NCBI GenBank assembly: GCA_950097015.1
Contig: CATNEN010000012.1
Location: 124,001-188,000, forward strand
Source of the DNA: Macrostomum hystrix
Lineage: Eukaryota; Animalia; Platyhelminthes
Direction: 5' to 3'
DNA length: 64,000 nucleotides
A program made the position numbers and the translations under genes. Below, one piece after another: positions 50,230 to 61,077 of this stretch. The notes under the pieces are model-generated. The model saw nothing but the letters and a program-made list of their open reading frames with translations, was not told where the DNA came from and ran no database searches. The number at the start of each line of letters is the position of its first letter. Position 1 is the first letter of the stretch.

Positions 50230-51611
50230 TTACTGTCTAGGGGGGAGTATCTAATTTTTTTGTTGCAACAGTGCAGACTCGTATATTTTTGCATTTCCTG
50301 CTACTATTATGTAAAATATAATACAATTAATGTAGCGCCATTTACTGATCAGATTGACGATTTCGAGTTGAAACAATCGAAATATCTTTTCTCGAGTTCT
50401 GTTTAAATCGTTAGATACAGACAGTTATTTAGTGCTATGGGTTGATAAGCAACAAACACTTTTATTATATAGTCCAGAGGGTCTATTTCGTCAACATAGT
50501 GATTATTTAAGAAGGCTATTATAGCAAAAAATTACATTATATAGATTGACGCAAGGAAAGGTAAAAATAAATTTTAAGCGCCTGATCAAGATTCATTTTA
50601 GGCATGTCCAGCATTTTTGTCCAGTGTGAGCTGAGCTTAGCAAACAGATAATATTCGGGTGGGAGTTTTGTTATTAATGTTCTATAGAAACATGATCAAA
50701 TTATTGATTTTGTTTCAAAAGACAATGTATAATGAAGTGGTCTATTACGTTTGGTCTAAAAGGAAAAACGTATCAGTCAGCAAGCAGAAAATCTGTTAAT
50801 AAAAGGTTTAAAAATTGCAGTGACGCCAAAGGTATCAAGCTATAGATTTTAGTTTTTTTCTGCACCGAGTGCAACAATTTATATAATTGTCCCTTAGGAA
50901 TGGTGGATCGCTGGTTGAATAGTAATTATTGCTATATTTTTGTACCCTTCTTATCTTGTACTATTATGTACAATTGTATATATTATTTTAGTAGATCTGA
51001 TGTGTACTATATACTGTTCTATAGATGTATATATACACATATTTATATGTTATTTCAGTAAAGAAACAATTATTTGCCTGGGGGACGAAAAGGGGTGCGT
51101 ACGGCTGTTCCGTCCATGGGCTGGGGGTTGGCCGCCACTCCGTCCCACATTTCTATTTTGGAAATTTTGGAATATATTCAACATCTATATTTTTGTTTGG
51201 GACTTTATTGTTTTGCTAAAGGACGCAAATTTTATCTACTTGTTGAGCTTTGAACACCTCCCTGGTGTTGTAAGTTTCCAGTGTTCTCGGCGTTCTCAGA
51301 ATGTTTTAATCTTGCCATGCACACACTACTAGGAGTAGATAAATAAAAGGAAAACATCGATATAATTTAAAGGCCTAGTAATGATGAATATACTATTATA
51401 CGAATATAGGGAAGTTAGAAAACAGTGATAGGGTTGAATATACTTTTACTTTTTTCTTTTAAGCTGTGCCTAATGCGGTGCATATTATAAAATCATGAAA
51501 TATGTTGGTTAAAATGATTCGCGTCCAAAATAAAATCTTTTCTATGGGGTTCAGAAAGGTGGTACACAAAAAACACGAATATGTTCGGGGCGATTTTGAC
51601 AGCTTCTTTGG

Positions 51612-54600
51612 TCAGAACAGGCCGACACTCTTCTTGGCGGTGGTCTGCTTCCACTCTGGCAGAGTGGCAAACTTCTGGTACGGCATGCCAAATACTCGCT
51701 TGAATTCTTCCTCGCTCAGATGGCGCTAAAATATGGATTTTGGCGATGAAATTCCTGTGCTGCAAGTTCAACTTTAATTCGATCCTTCACAGTCCTCACC
51801 TCCTTCTCCTGGGGCTTGACCCCATCCGGGCAGGCCTCGCGCAGCTGCGAGTAAGGAAACTTCTTGTACTCGGCGAAGCTGCGCGGCGCTCGCGGACCCC
51901 CGTTGGCCGCCTCGCCGATGTCCAAGCGGTCAAGAGCGCGGGCTGACTGCACCTCCCGCTTCATCTGCTCGTAGGTCTTGGCAGACTGTTAGAATTTAGA
52001 GTTCGTTTCATCGTTTGGTTTGATTTGCAGTCTCAAAGCGCCTTCTCTTTCTGACTTCTCAGTTAAATGATGCTCTATAATTGTTTCAATTCTAATCATT
52101 TCTTATTATTTTGAACGCATTTAGTTCTATTAGATATTTGATGTCCGCAGCAATCAATACTTCGTGATGTCCTTGGAAGTGCTTGGCTTCCAATCAATAG
52201 TTGACAGAACCAATGTCACTTAACAAAACTTGACAGCGGCTTCATAAAAATTACAATGTTGCAAGGAAGCAAGTCTGACAGTGAATGTCCTGAACTTACT
52301 ACTAGCAAATGACAGGACTTAGTATTAATTGTATACTCACCGACCACATGCCGTAGTCCCAGGAGGGAAAGAAGCCGATGAACACTGGCGGCTCGTGGCC
52401 CTGGCGCACACGATAGATCGGCGTGTCCTCCGGGTCACGTGACCGGCTGGGGTCAGTTCGCAGATACTCGACGGCGGCCTGCATTGCCTCGCGTCGCTCT
52501 GTCTCGTTGGACTCCTTACCGATCCACATGTAGATCTCGTCGTGAACATCCAGCAGCATCACGTCCTCTTCGATGAGGTCGTCCTGGAAAGGTTCATGTT
52601 TTAAGTTCTAGACCCACTACGATCAGTCTTGCAGAGACGTATGCAAACTTGCTAACGGAAGAATATCACAAGTTTTACGAATATTCAAAATACATCCCAC
52701 AAATGTTTAGTCATGAAGTCCAATTTGTTAGAGCTCATGATTTCTAATTGACTTAATAAACCTTGAAATTAAAAGGTTTACCTCTATCACCGTGAGCCAG
52801 AACCTCCTTACAATAGAGGCGCTCATTCATGATACGAGCAGATTTTTCTCTAGCATGAGGTGGAGGGAAGGCTACGTGTTGATAAAATAAGTCATTATAC
52901 GCAAAATAATCAAACCTGGACAAAGTCTGCGATTTCCTCTGCGGTGAAATAGCCCTTGGCGTTGCTGCACTGGAATAGGCGCGAAGCAAACGTGCTGTTC
53001 GACTCCTGCAGGCGCTTGTCGTTCTGGTAGGGCCCTCTGCACAATTGATTAATGGATGCAACGGTGCATGCTACAGAAGCACTTGAAACGTCAGTGCATA
53101 TTGGTTTGGAGTTTGCGCAAGATTTACTTTGGTACGGGAGCCGTGTAAACGAGTCTCAGGGCGTCAAAACTGGTGTGCACTGGCATGAGCTATTGAGCTT
53201 ATATAGAACAAACTTTAAAAAATCCATGGAAATTTTCGCAGTCTATTCAATCTACGTAATGCATGACTCACTTTCCGCCCAAAAGTTGCCAGAACTGGTC
53301 AGTCTCCTGGCCCTCGCACAGCAGGCAGTACTCCCGGCGGGACACCGCCTTGGCCACCTCCTTAGCCGCCTCACGCTCGTCGCCAGTTGTGCCCTGTAAA
53401 TACGAGCTAGCTAGTTGCAGCGGACTGTAAGCAGACGCCCCATTACGCGGACCACTGAGCACACACGCACACGGATACGTATGCCTGTTTGGGCACAGGT
53501 ACATAGGCCCAAAATGTTTCATCATCAGGCAGTGTATATTCCCTCTGTCTTGGGCTGCGCTCCAAATTATTATAGCCTCGCTGCGAATTCGAGCTCAGTG
53601 TCAGGGACTCTAAGAGTGTAAGAGTCAGGCACGTTTCCGCTCCGTCACTTAACCCTTTAAAATGGCCACGGCCATATAAAATTAAAATTAATTTAATAAT
53701 ATGAATTAAATCTAAAATGGATTTTATATTCATTCTTGACCTTGATCGCTAAGCGGAACATAATTTATCTCGTAGTTTTATAGCTATACCAAAGATGTTA
53801 GTCTGATTCATATAAGCCAATGCCTCACCTTGCCGCACCAGATAAACACCAGCTGCTTGGAAACCAGTACAAAGGTATCGTTAGAATTCAGCGAGCCGGT
53901 GGTCTTCGGCACCTGTTCAGCCTTCGCGTTGATGGCGTTGGTGCCGTGCACGCGTAGCAGGAAGGTGTCGCCGACTAGCTGGTCACGCTCCTCTTTGCCC
54001 CAGCCAGCCTTGCCGCCCTGCAGATTGCAAAGCGAACATATTACATGTACGCTTACTACGAAACGCATACGACAGCCCTAATCCCAATCATTTTACGATT
54101 GATAAAATCCAAACGTACCTCGTAGACAATCATGCGACCTTTGAATAGCGTCAAGAAGTGCAGCGGCTCCTTGCCCTGGACAACGCGCACCTGAACCGCT
54201 GCCCCGCCAAGCCGGTCGTCCAAATTCATCGCATGCAGTGCGGCGGCGCCACGCTCGTCCTGTGACGATTTTCGGCCCTGCAGCAGGACAATGAGATCGA
54301 TTAACAGAAGTAGAGAAGTAAAAGGTGGGAGGAAAATAGCCCTATGACAATTTTTCTGACGTGCCTAGACTGAGAAAGGCAGGGACTTTAAACAACATTT
54401 TTTCAACATTTGGTAACTTTTTGTTGCGCACCTCTTGTACCAATAATCAGGATCTTTGCAAAATCTATAGAAGGTCGACCTATTCAAAGATTCTGAACCA
54501 GCTGATTCTGGTTCTGAACACCAACCAGCAATGCACTTTTAAAAAGCTTTGCTAAGCCTTCAAATTAAATCAGCTTTTCGACCACATTCGACTTAGGCGA

Positions 54601-57600
54601 GCTTATGAAAACCTACGGATGGCATCAGCTGTCAATACGAGCTTACACACTAGGTTACAAATTTCTCCGATCTCGCTTTATTAAGCCCAGAAAAGTACAC
54701 CGGGTCGTTAAGAAAAGTCCACAATCAAGCTAGATTTACCTGCCAAAAATATACTATGTACTGCTCCCTGCCGTTGACCTTGTACGTGTAGAGAACGACG
54801 TAGGAGTCGCCCCCATAGAATTGGCCATGCTGGGATTTGTCCAATGGTACCAGCTCTTTAGCCTGGACGCGCCACACCTGAAGCAAATATGTTAACTTTT
54901 GCCATAGACAATAAATGGATAATTAGAAAAAGGCTCACTTTAACCTATGCTTCTCTGTACATCTAGCTCGTTAAATCAACGCTGCTCACCTCAACTTTGC
55001 CGCTGCCATCGTCAACCATGCGTGTCTCGGCTGCCAACTTGGGGCTCTGGTGCATGCTGGAAGCGTCGAACTGCGTCTGCACCGTCTTGGCTGTTGGCGA
55101 TTGGAAAACCCGCGTTCGGGTGGGACTTGGTGGTTTAACAAACGTATAATGCCTAACTAACACCCACTAATCTTAGAATGTTGGAAAGTGGATGGTGGTA
55201 TTGCTAATGTTAGGACGCTTAGAATACTGGACTAGCTAATTAAAATTTGCAACAGACTCACCAATCTTATTGTTGTTAAACACCTTGCCCGTGTGCTGCG
55301 GTGCTGGCCAAGTCTGGAACAGCTGCTTAAACTGAGCAGTCTCGCAGCCTTCGTTCACCTTGGTGATCTGCACCTGGGCAGCATGCTTTCCCAGCTTCTC
55401 GACAAAGCTCTGCATTCGGGTGTCAGATTTGGTAAAAATATATTAATGAAGATATAACACCTGATTGGAACAAAAGTACAGGCAGTAGCTCAGTCGCAGT
55501 TGTTCCGTACGCATCAACAGACTGCGTAAAACTGTTTAGCCTACGGAAATTGCCGACCGCCAAGCCCCTAACTAATTCATAAAAATCAGTGGGTGAGTGG
55601 CTGAGCAGTTAAAGCGTGCCTCTCGCACCAAGGTCCCTGAGCTGGATTACACGGCGAGGCCACATTTGGGGCGCAGCCACGGAATGCTTGGGGGCTTGTG
55701 CAATTTACACCTTTGTGGGCCAACCTCCAAGACAAAGTGAAAGTGTACACTGCCTGATGATGACAAAGTCAGGACAGATGTACACACCTGTGTGAGCGTG
55801 TGCCTGCGTACAGTATCTGTGTGCGTGTGTGCTCAGCGAGATGGGCAGAGCTGCCTCCTCGCTAGTTGCAGGTCACCAAATGGTGTGAATTGAGACAGTT
55901 AAGAATTGAGAATTGAAATTAAGAAATCCGAATTGAGAAATTGCCAGCAGCCCTCCTGCAGTTATTAGCTATTATATTATGCTGAAAAATTTCATTTTCC
56001 GCTGTTTGGATCAACCATGGGGAAGTAAATTTGTCTTACTCAAGGGCAAAAATGCTTTGCAATCAACTTGCGGCGTCAATTAGGCACATTGTTAGCTCTG
56101 TAGATCCATGAATCAACTCACCATGGCATTGGTCATAGCTGCTCGCTTCTCGTTTCGATTGCTCAACTTGCCGCACCAAACCCACACGCCAAGGTTGGCG
56201 TTGTCAATGATGAAGACATCCTGTGGGTGGGTTTATTCTTTGTTGTATCTTTGTTAATTGTTCTGGCATATACGTTTAACATTTAGCAATCGGTGATGAT
56301 TGCTAGGTTAGTCCTTACCTTGGTGTCCAGCATCGAGTGATGCAACGGGCCTGTGCCAATCTCTACCACCTTCAATGTGCCGCCTTCGTCGGAGCATCTG
56401 TGAGTTGTTATTTTTTAAGTAACGAATATAATTAGTATTATGAACTCGTCGCTTAAATATAAATTTGAAGCATTTGTGTCTGTTGTTCAGCATATTTATA
56501 TATACGAGTAGAATAGTTGCTCAAGTAATAGATTCATTTATACATTTTGATGTGCATTTTCGTGCGTTCTAAAGATGTATCTCGTGAGCCAAATAAAATG
56601 GGTGTTTTTTATTCACATTTTGGCACACAAATACACACGATTGTTATCATTCTTTTATTTTTCATCGGCCCTGAGTGTTAAGTAAAAAATATTTGGCTCG
56701 GTGACTCAATAAACATTAACGCCTCAACAACGTGTTAAACTAATGTAATTTGGCTTCTGCGGGGTGAGGAGTACATGGAGAGGGGTGGTTGGTTGAGTCC
56801 GGGAGTTGGTGTGATTGGCTGGACAGGTTATCGAATGGGCTTAAAGAATGAAGGCTTTAACTGCCAATACTTGGCTAGTATTCACTGAAACTGAAGCTGA
56901 GTTAGCTTTTACATTAGTTTATTAATGCGTGCAAATTTTGAGAAGTTAAGGCGAAAAATTTATTTTGATTTAGATTAGATTATGCGCAAAATGTTCTGCC
57001 ACTTTTGCACAGCTACCTCAGCAGGCGAACTTTTCGCTCGCTAGCCTTCTCGAATTCCACGTCCGACGGGCCAGCGGTGGCAGGCTGGATGCGCCTTCGC
57101 TCCAGCGACAGCCGGCCGCCGCTCTCGAAAGCCTTGCGTGCGTTTGTTGATTTTTAATTATCATGCTTTCAGGGTAGCATGCAGTTTTCATTGCCCTACT
57201 TATAGTAGGCTCGTGCACACTTTTATCGAATATAATATATAACAGGAGAGCACTGCACCTATCTTGCTGAGTGCCTGTGTTGAAAGCCTAACCAAGAACG
57301 ATGTGTTAATCAAAGAATTACACATGATATTAAAATCGTATTACTCCCTACGTGAGCAGACAATCGATTTTCGTGACAAGTGATCGTGATGTTCTACGAT
57401 GCAAAAATGCCGCTGGCGACTGGTTTATTGGCTGAAGTTGTACACGTGCGCGCTGATTGTGTACGCTTATGTAAGCGACTCTATACCTGTACAGCCGGAT
57501 GCTGGCTGCCTGACTACGCTCGAACGCCTCATCGGAGAGGTCAGTCTGTGCCGGTGCGATAATCAGCGACGCAAGCGGCAGGGCGCCGTGGCATTCCCAT

Positions 57601-60600
57601 AGCTGCGAAGTATTTTTGTGGCTTGTTCAACTTGTCTATGGCCTTTCTTCGGTATATGCCGATGTCAGATGAAATGATTCAAACTTAAAGTCAATTTTTC
57701 AATTAGCTAATAGGACTTTGAATTTGCCTTCCCTGCTGTCTCCTGAGCTGTCGCGTCAGAGCTGCGCCATCTCTCTCTCTCTCTCTCTATGTCCTCTCAC
57801 CTGTTTGTGCACCCCAGTCAGGCGGGTCTCCTCGCCCTCCTCCAGCACCAGCAGGTCGGCAGTCGGACGCTCGTCCCGCAGCGCCCTGGCCGCCTCCATG
57901 CCTTTGAGTCGCTCGCGCCTACTCGACTGGGCGCCGTTCCAGACAAATATCAGCCGGCCCTGGTCGCTGATGAACACGTCGCCAGAGTTGAACGAGGACC
58001 ACTCGATGGGCACCTTGGAGTGAGAAAACTCTGGCTTGAGTATCCGTCACACTAACTTCCCTATTGTTGTGAGCGACACTTAAAAGCTCCAGCCCTCCAA
58101 AACGGGCGTGCAATGCTTTATATATTTACTCAATCAATGCATGTACATTAAAGAGGTGTCATTGGCATGTACATTGCGCAATCACCATTAAGCGATACTA
58201 GCAATCGACCCACAGCACCAATATTAAAGTTCGCTACGTCACAACACCTATCTGCCAATGCCGTTCAGTTGGTTGTCTCTCCCTCCAGACTATTCAATGA
58301 CATGCTGCAACTCAAATCCCATACTCCAAATCCCAAAATTAGTGAGCTGCTGCAACTCTGATACCTTACTCCTAACCAAATGAGCGCACCTCTACAACTC
58401 GTTTGATCCACTGCTTCAATCCTTCGGTTTAAAAAAATCGCAAAATCAAGTGTGGACTCACTTGGCGACAGCGCGGATTCCGCTTGCCCTTGACCTGGTA
58501 AAGCCGCGGCTCGTGCTTGTCGCGGTCCACGTGGCTCAGGCCGGACTTCACGCCGCCCTCCATGTAGCGCACCTGGCTGCCGCGGAAAAGCGCCTGGAAG
58601 CCGGGACTCTCGTTGCCCTCGACCTCGCGGTGCTGCACCGCAGCGCCGCCGCAGAGGTCGTCCAGCTCGACGGCTTTGAAAGCGGCAACCGTGGCTTCGT
58701 CCTGCGAGCAGCCGGAGCCGAGCCAGAAGTGCACGTGCTGCTCTGGCCTAGCCCGGGTCTCACGGCAACTGTACACCAGGTAGGCGTCTCCGCGATAGAA
58801 GCTGCCCCACTGCTGCCGCGGCACCGGCGTCACCTTCATCTCCTGGCGGTCCGGTTTGGGGGGCCATTGGGAGTGAGAAATGAGAAATGAGAACCTGAGA
58901 AATGAGAATTAAGAAATGAGAATCGAGGATTAAGCACTGGGAATTTAGAAATGCGGGCGAGTGGCAGAGAAGTTAACGTGTTCGCCTCTCGCACCAAGGT
59001 CCCTGAGCTCGATTCCGCGGTGAGGCCACATTCATTTGGGGCGCAGCCGCGGAGAGAAGGCTTGGCGGCTTGTCGTGCAATTTACGCCCTTGAGGGTCAA
59101 CCTCCAAGGCACAGTGAGAGTGTACACTGCCTGACGATGAGAACGACTGGGCAGGTGTACACACCTGTGTGAGTGTGTGCTCAGGAGTCAGCAAAAGTGG
59201 CTGAACTGCCTCCTCGCCAGTGTAGCCAATGATGTGCTATCGCCTACAGCCCTCCTACCATTATGATATTATAATGGGAATTGAGGAATTTAGAAGTAAG
59301 AAATGGGACTTAGGAAATGGTAATTGAGAAGTAAAACGTAAATTTAGAAATTATGCATGTAGAATGAACTTTTGTTAAAAAGAAATGTAAATTATTTGGC
59401 ACGAATTGAAATCAGGTTTTTGATGGAATGATGCGTTAAATAATGACAGCTGGAGAATAGCCTCTGCTTGAAGATAACTTTCACATAATCTAACTTTGAA
59501 AAGACATTGAACTAGAATCTCTGAAAGCAATATCACAGTCCCGCCTTTTAGCTAGTCTAGTTTCCGCCTAGAATCCAGCATACGTTCATTGACTCTCCCA
59601 AATGGATGGGGGGCCAACACAGTTCTGTACAGTCTCAGAGTTAGCAGCCGCGGCATGAGCTCTATTGGTGCGAGAATTGCTCCGGTGTGCCTGGCTAAGA
59701 AAATGTTGGGCGTAGCCGCTGAGCCACAATGGGGTCCCTGCCGCAGTGCCCTTCTACTGCTTGGCCTTCCATCGTTAACGGCTTGATCGTGGGAGCTGGC
59801 TCGCGTCGGCCTCCCAGCACTGTAAATTATTTAGGTTCATCCAAGACCACCCCATCCGCCGCCGACCCCTCCGGCCAGGACACACGGCCCGTTCCGGTGT
59901 ATGCGATAGCGAAAGAGAGAGCTAGAAGGACAGAGTTAGAGAGAGAGGAGACCTCTCGGCATGTGAAAATTACAATAACATCAGAGTTAATTCCAAATCT
60001 TAGCCTGGCAGCCCTTCATTCTTAATTCCACCTTTCCTTCCTGTGCTAAACTTGAATCCATGCAGCCACGCCCTTAGCACTGAGAACGATTCTGATGCAG
60101 CTGCTTTTCACTCATTCTATTCAAGATTCGAAATTTATAGTCGATCAGTCCGAGTCAAGTCTTGTCGATTTCACATAATTTTTTGGATTTTAGGCTTTCT
60201 GGGAATGTCTTGCTCAATTGAGATCTCAATCTCTGGTCTTCTGATTAAGACCAGATTTAGCTGTGAAATCTAAACGACCCGGATTAGTTAATCCAGTAAT
60301 TGCAGATGCTCGTGGGATTGAAATCTGCTAGTTTTCCTCGCTGTGATCTTTATAAACGCTGTGCACGTATTCACAATAGAAAGAGGTATTCAAATACCCA
60401 CAATTGATTTTTTTCTGTACACTGCTCAAAATATTCTACCAATCGCCATGAAAATCTAAAACACGGTGCTAAAATTTTAGCCGGGCTAGATATTCAACGA
60501 CTCTCGTCGGGGTGTTGGCAAAACAACGAATAATATAGCCATAGTTTTTCAATTTCATCATGCAACTATGTCGGCTATCAATTTTGACAATTTTAGATTG

Positions 60601-61077
60601 ACAAAGGTGTCATTTTTAACCAATATGGATACGCCATAGAGGTTTTCACACAGCAATGTTAGCTGTCCTTGTCACCAGGGTCTCCGACCCTGGATGTCTG
60701 AATATCTCGACAATACTTACTCGGACAAATTTAAAAGTTAGTTGATCTTAAAGGGCGTAAAATTTTTATTCAGATGGTGGACTTTAGCGAAAATCGGTCT
60801 GGGAGCTGTCGTGAAGTACGCAATGGGTATTTGAAACGTCCCCGTTGTCTTTCCCCAGGGGGAAATAGCCTGGTCTTTCTCCTGTTAAAGAATCTGTCCA
60901 TAAGTTATGAATCCAAAATATCCAAAATAAAACAAAAAAATAAACAGAACGTCTAAAGCGCATCAAACACAGCAGCCGGTCCGGACTCACTTCAACTCGC
61001 CAAACGCAGAAGAAGGGCTTGTTGAGCGGGATGGCCTTAAAGGCCGGATCAACGCTGCCCGCCGGTGGGTTTGTCAT
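51612..61077 (-). CDS. VIL1/AVIL: Villin/advillin: six gelsolin domains plus headpiece (~831 aa)
   Basis: Exons (minus) 61077-60991, 58842-58462, 58013-57801, [57602-57487 or 57132-57017], 56397-56319, 56220-56122, 55409-55262, 55090-54990, 54877-54740, 54277-54119, 54017-53829, 53393-53272, 53036-52916, 52583-52341, 51985-51800, 51725-51612; all phase-compatible. Motifs: [56 protein letters not shown], headpiece [27 protein letters not shown]. Confidence 0.96.
53443..53655 (-). mobile_element. tRNA-derived SINE, copy 6 (old, degenerate)
   Basis: CTGAGCACACACGCACAC, CATCATCAGGCAGTGT and GGCTGCGCTCCAAAT match the reverse complement of the family. Confidence 0.65.
55590..55980 (+). mobile_element. 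tRNA-derived SINE, copy 7
   Basis: Family head and body; a ~55-bp GAGAATT-rich insertion lies near the 3' end. Confidence 0.83.
57017..57132 (-). CDS. Villin alternative exon 4b ([38 protein letters not shown])
   Basis: 116 nt, phase 0 in and phase 2 out, AG/GT flanked, same length and phase as exon 4a (57602-57487); ends in the homologous F-E-x..-I/V-R-L-Y/L motif. Confidence 0.8.
58955..59275 (+). mobile_element. tRNA-derived SINE, copy 8
   Basis: Family head (GTTAACGTGTTCGCCTCTCGCACCAAGGTCCCTGAGCTCGATTCC) and body; GGAATTTAGAA occurs on both flanks. Confidence 0.86.
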
